Assembly: GCA_031416075.1 (NCBI GenBank)
Contig: JANOSY010000087.1
Span: forward strand, 1-64,000
Length of the DNA stretch: 64,000 nt
Direction: 5' to 3'
Origin: Candidatus Tenderia sp.
GTDB taxonomy: Bacteria; Pseudomonadota; Gammaproteobacteria; Tenderiales; Tenderiaceae
In this document: piece by piece, positions 26,785 through 37,218 of the stretch
Position numbering within the stretch: the stretch's first letter is position 1
How the letters are laid out: each line of letters starts with the position of its first letter
Translations under genes and position numbers: made by a program
The notes under the pieces: model-generated
The model's input: the letters and a program-made list of their open reading frames with translations, nothing else
Database searches by the model: none
What the model was told of the DNA's origin: nothing

Positions 26785-27125
26785 TTTGTCATTCCTTAAC
26801 GTTTCTGGCTGTTGCCAAGGGGGTATCGTCCGTCCGTCTGATTTTCAATAGCTGCTGTGTTTAGGGTCTTTAGGGCGGATATTCTAAACCATGATGGGCA
26901 ATGAGGTGATTTTTGATACCACTATGTGCCACTGATGCCGCAGTTATTTTTTGGGATGAGATTTTCTCAGTCCGATTTAAAGAAAACGCCGATTGGCCGA
27001 TGTAGTGTCCGGGAAGGGGGGAGTTTTGAGTGTCGGGCCACTCCTGCTGGTCTGGATGGTATCTGGAACCAGCCGTCGTGCAGTCTATTTGCAGGGCGTG
27101 GTCTTCAATGGAGTGAGGGAACGCA

Positions 27126-28496
27126 GTGTATCTTGATTATTTTGGTCTGATGGTTGCGCCGTACCGGATTACCCCGGATACGGAGCTTTTCTATGCCGGC
27201 GGTGAGCGGGGTGCCATTCTGGATGCACTGGTATATGCCATTGTCAGTGGTGAAGCGATCACCAAAGTGGTAGGCGAGGTGGGCAGTGGCAAGACGATGT
27301 TGTGCCGCATGCTGGAACATAAGTTGCCAAAAACGGTGGAGATTGTCTATCTCGCCAATCCAAGTTTGGCCCCCGAAGATGTATTGCATGCCATTGCCTT
27401 TGAGATAGAGTTGCCGGTACGTGACGATGATAATCGCCTTAAGGTGATGAAGGCGTTGCAGGAGTATTTGCTGGCGCGTCACGCTAATAGCAGACAAGTT
27501 GTGGTGTTTGTCGAAGAGGCCCAAGGCATGCCTCTGGCAACTCTTGAAGAGATTCGCCTGCTCAGTAATCTGGAGACGCAACAACATAAGTTGTTGCAGG
27601 TGGTCCTGTTTGGCCAGCCAGAATTGGATGTCGGGCTGAGCGCTCCCCATGTGCGTCAGATCAAGGAGCGTATTACTAATAGTTTCTATCTGCCACCCTT
27701 AAAAAGGCGCGAGACGAGTGATTATCTGACATTTCGCCTCCACTTGGCCGGTTTTCGTGGGGCACCGGTATTCTCTTACTTTGCAACCCATCTGATAGCG
27801 CTCTACTCTGCTGGTTTAATGCGGCGTATTAATATTATTGCCGATAAAGCGATGTTGTCGGCGTATGCCACCGGCAGTCAGACAGTTAAATTGAAACATG
27901 TTATTTCGGCATTGCGTGATTGTGAGTTTATTAAAAGAGGTGTGTTGCTGCGACCGCTATTGGCAAGTATTGCCAGCGTATGTTTAGTGGTTGGCGTTAG
28001 CGCCTGGGCACAGTTTGAATCGAATATAACCGTTGCTGCTGTACCCGTAGTAGAAAATATAATTGATCAGCCATCGTCCGCCGCCACGCAACCAATAGTT
28101 TCTCATGTCGTGAATGCAATTAAGAACGAGCCCCCCCGTATTTTATTTGATGAGCGTATTGAGAAAAGTGAAGCGTGGCTGGCGAGTGCCGCACCCTCTC
28201 ATTTAACTGTGCAGTTACTGCGTGGAACATCGCGTGAGATGGAGGCTTTTGAGCGTTTTTTACTTCAAACTGAAAAGGAAGGTCTGTTACCAAAGATGTT
28301 TGTTTATCGTACCTCAACTGATGCTGTTGAGGTGATTAACGTGGTGATGGGCGAATATTCAACGCTTAGTCAGGCTCGATCAGCGCTTGAGGCCTTGCCA
28401 CAGAGCCTGGCTCGATATCAACCCTATTTAAGAAATGTAAAAAATGTTTTGGCTGAGGCTGGAGTCGTGACTGTGGCGACAGAAAGTAGATCTTAA
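27126..28496 (+). CDS. ExeA/MshM-like AAA ATPase with C-terminal SPOR-like domain
   Basis: GEVGSGKT, VFVEEAQ, LLQVVLFGQPEL, RRINIIADKAML. Confidence 0.88.
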   Translation: MYLDYFGLMVAPYRITPDTELFYAGGERGAILDALVYAIVSGEAITKVVGEVGSGKTMLCRMLEHKLPKTVEIVYLANPSLAPEDVLHAIAFEIELPVRDDDNRLKVMKALQEYLLARHANSRQVVVFVEEAQGMPLATLEEIRLLSNLETQQHKLLQVVLFGQPELDVGLSAPHVRQIKERITNSFYLPPLKRRETSDYLTFRLHLAGFRGAPVFSYFATHLIALYSAGLMRRINIIADKAMLSAYATGSQTVKLKHVISALRDCEFIKRGVLLRPLLASIASVCLVVGVSAWAQFESNITVAAVPVVENIIDQPSSAATQPIVSHVVNAIKNEPPRILFDERIEKSEAWLASAAPSHLTVQLLRGTSREMEAFERFLLQTEKEGLLPKMFVYRTSTDAVEVINVVMGEYSTLSQARSALEALPQSLARYQPYLRNVKNVLAEAGVVTVATESRS

Positions 28497-28517
28497 GTAT
28501 ACGGATAGAATGAGTGG

Positions 28518-30134
28518 ATGGATGCCTATATGATACGTTTAAAGGTGTTATTTAAAAGTACACTGATGATTTTTTTTGTCAGCGGTTGTGCTGTCACGAG
28601 CCAGCCACAAATATCGCCACTGCATCTGCAACCGGTAGCCGCATCTAAAAATAGTGATATTCCAGATGTGGTCGGCGCTGTGCCGCTGTTATCGCCACCA
28701 CAGGCGCGCCCGAAGCAGGAAGTTTATACAGTGGTAGTAAATGCGGTTCCCGCCCGTGATCTGTTATTTACCCTTGCCCGTGATGCCGGTGTGAATATCG
28801 ATATCCACCCAACCATTACTGGTGAAGTATCGCTTAATGCCATCCAGCAGACGTTGCCACAAATTCTTGATCGCATTGCCAAGCAGGTGTCGTTACGTTA
28901 TCACCTGGATGGTAATACCTTGGTGCTTGAGCCAGATACAGCATACTGGCGTAATTATGCGGTCGATTATCTTAATATGGCGCGTGAAAGTACTAGCGAA
29001 GTGGGTGTTGCTACTGAAATATCCACGGCGGGTGGCAGTGTGTCTGGGGGCGGTTCTGGCGGTAGTGGTAATATTTCCAGCACACGGGTTAAAAACAGTT
29101 CGCTCAATAATTTTTGGGATGTGATCGAGAAAAATATAATTGCCATTATTAGTCAGAATAATGTAGTGAGTTCTGGTGCCAAGCCTGTTGTTGTTAATCC
29201 GGGGTCTGGCATCATGTCTGTTTTTGCAACTGATAGTCAGCAACAGCATGTGCAGAAATTTTTGGATCAGACATTAAACAGTGCATTACGTCAAGTATTG
29301 ATTGAGATGACGATTGTTGAGGTTGAGCTGAATGATACCTATCAGGCGGGTGTTGATTGGCAACAGCTGACCAGTGCTGGTGGCATATCGGCGATATCAA
29401 ACATGGTGGGCTCATCGCTGTCGACACCACCTGTTTTTTCGCTTAACTACCAGAACAGCACCGCTTCTGGCCGTTCTTATGCCACAACCCTCAAGATGCT
29501 TGAGACGTTTGGTGATGTGAAGGTTCTATCCAGCCCGAAGGTGATGGCGCTTAACAACCAAACTGCTCTGCTTAAGGTGGTTGACGAAAAAGTTTATTTT
29601 ACCGTTGAGCTGGAGACGATTGCAGCAACAGCCACAACCCCCGTCCAGAATAATTACACAAGTAAGATACATACTGTTCCCGTGGGACTAGTCATGAGTG
29701 TGACACCACAAATTAATGACGCTGACAGCATTACGCTGAATATTCGACCAACGATATCGAGAATCACGGGGTATACCGTTGATCCTGCACCTCGTTTGAT
29801 TAATGCCTCTTTTGATAATCTGGTTCCTGAGATTCAAGTGCGAGAAATGGAGTCATTGCTTCAGATTGCCAATAATCAGATGGTAGTCATGGGTGGCTTG
29901 ATGCAGAACAAAACCAATGAGCGGAGTCAGGGGGTGCCACTGTTATCACGTCTGCCACTGATTGGTTCGCTTTTTAAGTATCGCGATAACGCCTATACAA
30001 AGTCTGAGCTAGTGATATTTTTGCAGCCAAAAGTTATCAAGGGTGCTGGTGCAGGCATTGATATGCAACCGTATAACAGCTATCTCGAGCAGAACAATAG
30101 GTACGGAGAACGCGCTGGTGGAGCGATAAAATGA
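28518..30134 (+). CDS. Secretin, MshL-like lipoprotein
   Basis: Lipobox VSGC, RQVLIEMTIVEV, LSSPKVMALNNQTA, GVPLLSRLPLIGSLF, KSELVIFLQP. Confidence 0.92.
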   Translation: MDAYMIRLKVLFKSTLMIFFVSGCAVTSQPQISPLHLQPVAASKNSDIPDVVGAVPLLSPPQARPKQEVYTVVVNAVPARDLLFTLARDAGVNIDIHPTITGEVSLNAIQQTLPQILDRIAKQVSLRYHLDGNTLVLEPDTAYWRNYAVDYLNMARESTSEVGVATEISTAGGSVSGGGSGGSGNISSTRVKNSSLNNFWDVIEKNIIAIISQNNVVSSGAKPVVVNPGSGIMSVFATDSQQQHVQKFLDQTLNSALRQVLIEMTIVEVELNDTYQAGVDWQQLTSAGGISAISNMVGSSLSTPPVFSLNYQNSTASGRSYATTLKMLETFGDVKVLSSPKVMALNNQTALLKVVDEKVYFTVELETIAATATTPVQNNYTSKIHTVPVGLVMSVTPQINDADSITLNIRPTISRITGYTVDPAPRLINASFDNLVPEIQVREMESLLQIANNQMVVMGGLMQNKTNERSQGVPLLSRLPLIGSLFKYRDNAYTKSELVIFLQPKVIKGAGAGIDMQPYNSYLEQNNRYGERAGGAIK

Positions 30135-31666
30135 GCCTGTTGATGGAAGCCCTGAAAAGAGCTGAACAGGCTAAATCACGGGGCAATAACCCGGTTTCAT
30201 TTCCTGTTGAACAAAAGGTATTAACGCTATCTGAAAACACAGAACATCAAGGTCAGATCAAAGAGAGCCTGGAGCCAGTGATAACGGTTGGCCCGGTTTC
30301 TGAACCGATAGCAGCGGTTGAGTTGAGCTTTGCTATTGATAACGTTGAGCCAGTGATCGATAGAGAAGATACGAGTAAATTGTCATTGGCGAGAGATGCA
30401 TCTGAATTGGCGGTGACGCCGGAACCAAAAGTAAGCGTAGTAGAAGTACCACCTATAACAGAAAAATTCGCAGTTGAAGTGGCAGATTTAAATGGTGGAA
30501 ATAAAGATGTGACATCGGCACCCTCTGCAACGCCAGTGATGGCAGATCAGATGGCCGTAACACCATTGAAAACACACACTGATAGAGGTATCGCTGGTAT
30601 TAATGCATCACCTGCTCGCCCACAGGTGCCGGTGATGATTGGTAATCCAAGATTTAATCGTAGTTATCTTTGGGCTGGATTATTACTCCTCTGTTTTGTG
30701 GCTGGACTCAGTTATTACTTTCAGGCCCTTAATAGTTTTGGTTCGATAAATACAGCAGTACTACCTGTTGTTAACGATGATAATGTACACATTGATGATG
30801 AAAATACTGAAGCTGTTGCCGATCTTACTGGCGGCGCAGCATCAACTTCGGTAGCTGAGATTGCGGTAATCTCAAATATACCTTTATCTGTAGTGAAAAA
30901 GATCGAACCCGCTGTGGCGGGTGTTTTTACGGAAAAAGCAGTTGCCAGCGACTCTGAACAGGTGCAGCAGCGCGACCAATCTCCAATGACCATTGGTTAT
31001 AAAAAACAGAATGCCATTTTAAAAACTGAAGGTGACGTGGAAACCGTGGCACAGCCATCGTTACTACAGATTGATAAAGTGGTTGTGGCCGATCCACTTC
31101 AGGCGTTATTGCAATCAGCTTATAATGCATATGGAGCGGGTGACTTGGTTGCGGCATCAGATTTTTATCGCCAAATCCAGAGTCGTGAGGCAGATAATCG
31201 TGATGCGTTGTTGGGTTTGGCGGTAATTGCCCAGCATCAAGGAAAATCCGATAGTGCAGGTAGTTTTTACGCACGACTGTTGGTATTGAATCCGAAAGAT
31301 AGCGTTGCTGCCGCTGGCATGGTGTCACTGAATAATGGCAGCGTGACCACTCAGGGGATTAGCCGTTTGAAACTACTGTTGCAGGAAGAGCCAGCAGCAG
31401 CGCATCTGCACTTCTTCCTGGCGAATGAGTATGCGGCACAGTCACGTTGGCCAGAGGCACAACAGTCCTATTTCCAGGCATATCACTATGCCCCGGCACA
31501 GGCGGACTATGCTTTTAATCTGGCGGTGAGTCTTGAAAAATTGGGGCAATCACAAGTAGCGTTGGAATACTATCGGCGTGCATTGATCGCTGCTGATAAA
31601 AGTACGCCATCATTTGATACACAGCGGCTGATTCAACGTATCGATACGTTGACGGCGAGGCAATAA
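30131..31666 (+). CDS. TPR protein, MshN-like
   Basis: MSLLMEALKRAE N-terminus, one TM, C-terminal TPRs (YAFNLAVSLEKLG). Confidence 0.8.
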   Translation: MSLLMEALKRAEQAKSRGNNPVSFPVEQKVLTLSENTEHQGQIKESLEPVITVGPVSEPIAAVELSFAIDNVEPVIDREDTSKLSLARDASELAVTPEPKVSVVEVPPITEKFAVEVADLNGGNKDVTSAPSATPVMADQMAVTPLKTHTDRGIAGINASPARPQVPVMIGNPRFNRSYLWAGLLLLCFVAGLSYYFQALNSFGSINTAVLPVVNDDNVHIDDENTEAVADLTGGAASTSVAEIAVISNIPLSVVKKIEPAVAGVFTEKAVASDSEQVQQRDQSPMTIGYKKQNAILKTEGDVETVAQPSLLQIDKVVVADPLQALLQSAYNAYGAGDLVAASDFYRQIQSREADNRDALLGLAVIAQHQGKSDSAGSFYARLLVLNPKDSVAAAGMVSLNNGSVTTQGISRLKLLLQEEPAAAHLHFFLANEYAAQSRWPEAQQSYFQAYHYAPAQADYAFNLAVSLEKLGQSQVALEYYRRALIAADKSTPSFDTQRLIQRIDTLTARQ

Positions 31667-31669
31667 AAT

Positions 31670-33361
31670 ATGGCTGCCGTGCGTTTAGGGGATCTGCTGA
31701 TTGAGAAAGGGTTAATTACCCAAGATCAGTTACGCATCGCGTTAATGGAGCAGAAGCGTCAAAATCAGCCATTGGGCAAGATTCTGGTTAAAATTGGCTT
31801 TATCAGTGAGTCGATGATGCGCGATGCTCTAGGCGATCAGTTGGGGCAGGAGAGTGTAGACCTGACCAAGGTGGTGCCTGATCGTGAAGCGATTAAAATT
31901 ATCCCTATGGATCACGCCCGTCGTTATCGCTTGTTACCCATAACATTTGATCCTGAAAAAAATGTGCTGACAGTGGCAATGGCTGACACCTTTAACGTGG
32001 TGGCGCTTGATCAAACAGTTGCACTGATCGGCGAGTTGATTGATATCAGGCCGATGTTGGCATCGGAGAGTGAGATTGAGACCGCTATTGATCAGTTCTA
32101 TGGTCATGAGCTTTCAGTTGACGGTATTTTGAATGAGCTTGATACCGGTGTCATTGATTACAAAAGTCTACGCGCTGATACCGATGAATATAGCCAGCCG
32201 TTGGTACGACTGGTCAATGCAATGTTGATGGATGCGGTGAAACATGGCGCTTCCGATATTCACTTCGAACCGGAAGAGGGGTTCCTGCGGGTCAGGTACC
32301 GCATCGACGGGGTGTTGATCCAGGTGCAGACGCTGCACAAAAACTACTGGTCGGGCATCGCCGTACGGCTCAAGGTCATCTCCGGCATGGATATCGCCGA
32401 GACCCGCGCGCCGCAGGATGGCCGCATCTCGCTCAATCTGGCAGGCAAGGCGGTCGATTTCCGTGTCGCCTCACAACCCACCACCCACGGTGAAAACATT
32501 GTCCTGCGCGTGCTCGACCGCGAGAAGGGGATCGTGGCGCTCGACAAGCTGGGGCTCACCGACGACACCCTGATCCTGCTGCGGCTGATGATGGCGCGTC
32601 CCGAAGGTATCATCATGGTGACGGGGCCGACCGGCAGCGGCAAGACCACCACGCTCTACTCCATGCTCAACTCCATGAACAGCGAGTCGGTCAACATCAT
32701 GACCCTCGAAGACCCGGTTGAATATCCGATGGCGATGATCCGCCAGACGGCGGTCAACGAGGCGGTCAAACTCGATTTTGCCAACGGTATCCGTTCGATG
32801 ATGCGGCAGGACCCGGACATCATCCTGGTGGGCGAGATCCGCGACGAGGATACCGCCACCATGGCCTTTCGTGCCGCCATGACCGGCCATCAGGTCTTCA
32901 CTACGCTGCACACCAACTCGGCGCTCGGCTCTATCCCCCGGCTGCTCGACATCGGCGTCAAACCCGACATCATGGCCGGCAACATCATTGGCGTGGTGGC
33001 CCAGCGGCTGATACGGCGGCTCTGCCCGCACTGCAAACAGCCCAAGGAGCCTGACGAGATCGAACGGCTGCTGCTTGGCATTGGCGCGGATGAATCGGCC
33101 ACGCTGTTCCTGCCGGTCGGTTGTCCGAAGTGCAATCTCCGTGGTTACAAGGGGCGGCTGAGCCTGATGGAGGTGCTGAAGATGGACAAGATGCTGGATG
33201 AGCTGATCTCGCGCCGCGCCTCGATTCGTGAACTGCATGAGATGGCGCTGTCGAAGGGGTTCCGGCCGCTGGCCGAAGATGGTATCCGCTATGTGCTCAA
33301 CGGCGTCACCAGTCTTGATGAGGTCAGCCGTGTTGTCGATCTGACCGACCGGGTGATGTGA
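31670..33361 (+). CDS. GspE/PilB-family extension ATPase with MshEN c-di-GMP motif (MshE-like)
   Basis: RLGDLLIEKGLITQDQLRIALMEQ (MshEN), ASDIHFEP, GPTGSGKTTTLY, RQDPDIILVGEIRD, CPHC/CPKC. Confidence 0.95.
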   Translation: MAAVRLGDLLIEKGLITQDQLRIALMEQKRQNQPLGKILVKIGFISESMMRDALGDQLGQESVDLTKVVPDREAIKIIPMDHARRYRLLPITFDPEKNVLTVAMADTFNVVALDQTVALIGELIDIRPMLASESEIETAIDQFYGHELSVDGILNELDTGVIDYKSLRADTDEYSQPLVRLVNAMLMDAVKHGASDIHFEPEEGFLRVRYRIDGVLIQVQTLHKNYWSGIAVRLKVISGMDIAETRAPQDGRISLNLAGKAVDFRVASQPTTHGENIVLRVLDREKGIVALDKLGLTDDTLILLRLMMARPEGIIMVTGPTGSGKTTTLYSMLNSMNSESVNIMTLEDPVEYPMAMIRQTAVNEAVKLDFANGIRSMMRQDPDIILVGEIRDEDTATMAFRAAMTGHQVFTTLHTNSALGSIPRLLDIGVKPDIMAGNIIGVVAQRLIRRLCPHCKQPKEPDEIERLLLGIGADESATLFLPVGCPKCNLRGYKGRLSLMEVLKMDKMLDELISRRASIRELHEMALSKGFRPLAEDGIRYVLNGVTSLDEVSRVVDLTDRVM

Positions 33362-34566
33362 TGGCGGCATTTCTCTATCGGGCGATCAATGAAGCGGGCA
33401 AGGTGACCAAGGGGCGGCTCGACGCCGTCAACGAGACCGATCTTGAACACCGCCTGGCGATCATGAAGCTCGATCTGCTGAGCGTCAAAGAGGTGCGTAC
33501 CAGCAGCTCCCTCTTCAGCAAAGGCAAAATTTCACGTAAAGATCTGATCGGTTTCTGTTTCCACATGGAACAGATGACACGGGTCGGGGTGCCGATCGTC
33601 GAGGCGCTGACGGATCTGCGCGACAGCATCGACAACCCCCAGTTTCGCGAAATCCTCTCCGCCATGGTCGCCTCGATTCAGGGCGGCAAGACCTTCTCCG
33701 GGTCCATGGAGGAGTTTCCGCGCGCCTTCGACGAGGTCTTTGTCAATCTGGTGCGGGTCGGTGAACACAGCGGCGAACTGAACAAGGTGCTGCTCAACCT
33801 TACCGAGACACTGAAGTGGCAGGATGAGCTGGCCTCGCAGACCAAAAAGGTGGTGATGTACCCCCTCTTTGTCGGCACCGTGGTGATGGCGGTGATCTTC
33901 TTTTTGATGATCTACCTGGTGCCGCAGATGGTTGGTTTTATCCAGAACATGGGCCATGAGATCCCGATGCATACACGGGTGCTGATCATGGTCTCAGGCT
34001 TCTTCACCCAATTCTGGTATCTGGTGCTCTTCACCCCGCCGACGCTCTTTTTTGGCATCAGCTATCTGGCCAGAACCAAACCGGCGGTGCGTTACCGGAT
34101 CGACGGCATCAAGCTGCGTCTCTGGCTGGTGGGGCCGATCCTGCGCAAGATTATTCTCAGCCGCTTCGCCAGTTATTTCGCCCTGCTCTACGCCTCGGGC
34201 GTGACCGTACTGGATGGCATGAAAATCAGTGAAGATATTGTCGGCAACAAGGTGGTCGCCGCAGCCTTGCGGCAGGCGCGCCAGCAGATTGCCGATGGTA
34301 AAAACATGAGCGAGAGTTTCTCCAACGTCGGTCTGTTTCCGCCACTGGTGCTGCGCATGATCAAGATTGGCGAGAGCACCGGCGGGCTCGATACGGCGCT
34401 GCTGAATGTCAGTTATTTCTATAATCGTGATGTCAAAGACGCCATCGAAAAGCTGCAAACCATGATTGAACCGATGATGACGGTGGTGCTGGGGTTGATC
34501 CTGGGGTGGGTCATGCTCTCCGTGCTGGGACCGATATACGACATCATCAGCAAGATAAAGATGTGA
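33358..34566 (+). CDS. GspF/PilC-family platform protein (MshG-like)
   Basis: VGEHSGEL, MYP, FPPLVLRMIKIGESTGGLD, IEP. Confidence 0.93.
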   Translation: MMAAFLYRAINEAGKVTKGRLDAVNETDLEHRLAIMKLDLLSVKEVRTSSSLFSKGKISRKDLIGFCFHMEQMTRVGVPIVEALTDLRDSIDNPQFREILSAMVASIQGGKTFSGSMEEFPRAFDEVFVNLVRVGEHSGELNKVLLNLTETLKWQDELASQTKKVVMYPLFVGTVVMAVIFFLMIYLVPQMVGFIQNMGHEIPMHTRVLIMVSGFFTQFWYLVLFTPPTLFFGISYLARTKPAVRYRIDGIKLRLWLVGPILRKIILSRFASYFALLYASGVTVLDGMKISEDIVGNKVVAAALRQARQQIADGKNMSESFSNVGLFPPLVLRMIKIGESTGGLDTALLNVSYFYNRDVKDAIEKLQTMIEPMMTVVLGLILGWVMLSVLGPIYDIISKIKM

Positions 34567-34567
34567 C

Positions 34568-36109
34568 ATGGCCGTCGAACGAATCTTCTACGTAACCGCA
34601 ACAGAACTCAGCGTCCTCCATTGCGCCAGTGGAGCGGTGTTGCCGCTCGCCAGGTTTGAACTCAACGACGAAGGGGTGGCGGCCTTTTCTGACTACATCA
34701 TGGCGGATGCCGACCACGCCAGCGCGGTGCTGGTGGATGTGATCGAAGAGGAGTTTCGCATCGAAAATGTGCCCCACGCCAGGGGGGCGGATCGTCACCG
34801 TCTGCTGGACAGAAAGGCCGCCGCTCTGTTTCGCGGTCTGGACTTCAGGAGCGCCCAGGTGATCGGGCGTGAGTCCGGCGGGCGGCGTGATGATCAGGTG
34901 CTCTTTTCGGCCATCAACAAACCTGAGGTGCTGGAGCGTTGGCTCAAGGCGCTGCGTCTGGCCAAGGTGCCACTCACCGGCGTCTATTCGGTGTCGATGT
35001 TGGGCGCGTCGCTGATCAATAAACAGAGGCTCAAACATGACAATACCCTGCTCCTCACCATTCAGAACGGCCGTCTGTTACGGCAGAGTTTTTTCAGCAA
35101 CGGCAAACTCAAACTCAGTCGTCTGACACCGTTGACCGCGACCGACGCGGCGGGGTTTGTGAGTGGCGTGGTCAATGAAGTTGATCGCATGAAACGTTAT
35201 CTCGGTCGCTTGCAGCTGCTCAACTTCAAGCAGCCGATTGAGGTCTACCTGCTGAGTGGCGGCGAGCAGTTGCAACACATGCAACAGGGGTGCCGTAATG
35301 AGCCGCAGCTCAATTACCATTTTCTCGATCTCAACCAGATCGCTGCCGGGGTGGGGTTGAAGCAGCCACCGGCGGCGGAGGCGTGCGAGAAATATTTCGC
35401 CCATCTGTTGAGCCGCAAACTCCCCGACGCCAACTATGTTCAGCCCGGTGAGCAGCGCTACTACCTCCAGTACCGCATGCGGCGCTGGGTGGTGGCGGCC
35501 AGCATTCTGCTGGTATCGGCATCGCTGTTGTGGAGTGTGGCGGATATTCATGCCGGCCAGGATCTCGCCAGCAAGGCGGAGCGGATTGCCGCAGAGACCG
35601 CGCAGATGCAGAGCGAATATGAGATGGCGCTGGCGAACATGCCAGCGGTCGATTATCCACCCCGTGTCATGCGCGCCACGGTTGAGGCCAACCAGCAGCT
35701 GGCCGGGCATAAACCAAAATCGCTGGCTGTTCTGGCGATGATCGGTGCAAGCCTGGCGGCATATCCAAACATTGAGCTTGACCAGCTCCGTTGGGGACTG
35801 TTTCAGGAGGCGGGCGCAGTGGATGAAAACGGCGTGGCGCTGGTGGCCGATGGCATAACGGAGTCGGTCACCATCAAGGCGCACCTGAAGGCGTTCCCCG
35901 CCAACTACCAGGCGGCCTTCAAACAGGTTGAGGCGTTGATGGCGACGCTCAAACAGAACCCCGCTATCGCCACGGTGGCGGCAGTTGGCCTGCCGCTGAA
36001 TACCGACCCAGCATCGCTGCTGGTGGGTGAGTCACGCCACAACGACGAAACCCCGCAGGCCAGTTTTGAACTGGCGATCAAATTGAAGGGGGCCGTCCAT
36101 GAGATTTAG
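34568..36109 (+). CDS. Pilus alignment protein, PilM/PilN-like fusion (MshI-like)
   Basis: Position in operon; cytoplasmic N-terminal domain, one TM near residue 305, coiled coil then short beta/alpha domain. Confidence 0.6.
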   Translation: MAVERIFYVTATELSVLHCASGAVLPLARFELNDEGVAAFSDYIMADADHASAVLVDVIEEEFRIENVPHARGADRHRLLDRKAAALFRGLDFRSAQVIGRESGGRRDDQVLFSAINKPEVLERWLKALRLAKVPLTGVYSVSMLGASLINKQRLKHDNTLLLTIQNGRLLRQSFFSNGKLKLSRLTPLTATDAAGFVSGVVNEVDRMKRYLGRLQLLNFKQPIEVYLLSGGEQLQHMQQGCRNEPQLNYHFLDLNQIAAGVGLKQPPAAEACEKYFAHLLSRKLPDANYVQPGEQRYYLQYRMRRWVVAASILLVSASLLWSVADIHAGQDLASKAERIAAETAQMQSEYEMALANMPAVDYPPRVMRATVEANQQLAGHKPKSLAVLAMIGASLAAYPNIELDQLRWGLFQEAGAVDENGVALVADGITESVTIKAHLKAFPANYQAAFKQVEALMATLKQNPAIATVAAVGLPLNTDPASLLVGESRHNDETPQASFELAIKLKGAVHEI

Positions 36110-36719
36110 CCCCGACTGGCGCTATCTGCGTCCGGCGCTGCTGGTGCTGGCGATGGCGCTGTTGTTTGCTGTAGCGCTGAAGCTGATCGGTTACAGCTAT
36201 CTGGGCCAGATGACGCAGTTGCATGAACAGAAAAATGGCGAACATAGCGAGGCCCAGGCCAAGCTCACCACCCTGCGTGAAGATGGGCAGATCATCACCG
36301 ACTACCGTGAACGGTTTTCCACGCTGGCGCGTGCGGGGCTGTTTGATGCCAAAAAACGCGTCGAGTGGGTCGATGCGGTGAATGGCGCCCGGCGCGCGAT
36401 GAAACTGCCGCTGGTGCGTTACCAGATCTCGCCGCAATCGATTTTTCAGCCGGGCTATCTGCCGGTGGATGAACATGTCAGTGTCATGTCGAGCAACGTC
36501 AAGCTTGAGGCTGGCCTGTTGCATGAGGGGGATCTCGTCGATCTGTTCGCCTGGATGGAGCGTTATGTGCCGGGGCAGCTGCATCTGTCGCAGTGCGAGA
36601 TGAGCCGCACGGAACAGTATTTCGGTTATTACGTTGATCGACCAAATCTGAATGTGGTCTGCGATCTGAACTGGTTGACGATGGCGCCACAACCGCATGA
36701 GGCCGCCCATGGTGGTTAG
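36099..36719 (+). CDS. PilO/MshJ-like bitopic pilus protein
   Basis: N-terminal TM, coiled coil, LLHEGDL motif; operon context. Confidence 0.6.
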   Translation: MRFSPDWRYLRPALLVLAMALLFAVALKLIGYSYLGQMTQLHEQKNGEHSEAQAKLTTLREDGQIITDYRERFSTLARAGLFDAKKRVEWVDAVNGARRAMKLPLVRYQISPQSIFQPGYLPVDEHVSVMSSNVKLEAGLLHEGDLVDLFAWMERYVPGQLHLSQCEMSRTEQYFGYYVDRPNLNVVCDLNWLTMAPQPHEAAHGG

Positions 36720-36720
36720 G

Positions 36721-37218
36721 ATGCGACGGATAAGCACGGTGTTGTTGCTGGCGCTGAGCGGACTCTGTCAGGCGCAAACGGCCGCGCCGGAGCTGGGGAG
36801 TCTCTTTACCAATACCACTGAACGACAAACATTGAGTCGTATGCGCAGTGAAAATCTGCTCCAGGTCGATGTCTCATCGCCGTCGCCGTCGCCGTCGCCG
36901 TCGTTGCCGTTGTCGGCGACACCAGCAGCGCCCTCTGAAAAACGGTCACAATCGATTGTGATTAACGGTCTGGTTCAGCATGGCAACCGTGACGGAGTGG
37001 TCTGGATCAACGGCGAGCGGGTGGATGGCGCCAGCGGCCCGGACGAGGTGCGTGTCTACTCCAGCACTGGCCGTGACGGCAAGGTGGTTGTCGGAGTGAT
37101 GAACCGTCGTGCGGTCGCACTAAAACCGGGCCAGCGATTACAGGTTGATAATGGCAAGGTCGAAGAGAGTTATGAGGCGGATGTAAAAAATGTTGAGGCG
37201 ACGGTAGTCGAGCCATGA
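36721..37218 (+). CDS. Exported pilus accessory protein (MshK/PilP-like)
   Basis: Signal peptide, LGSLFT..ER, SP repeat linker, INGLV..VWING. Confidence 0.55.
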   Translation: MRRISTVLLLALSGLCQAQTAAPELGSLFTNTTERQTLSRMRSENLLQVDVSSPSPSPSPSLPLSATPAAPSEKRSQSIVINGLVQHGNRDGVVWINGERVDGASGPDEVRVYSSTGRDGKVVVGVMNRRAVALKPGQRLQVDNGKVEESYEADVKNVEATVVEP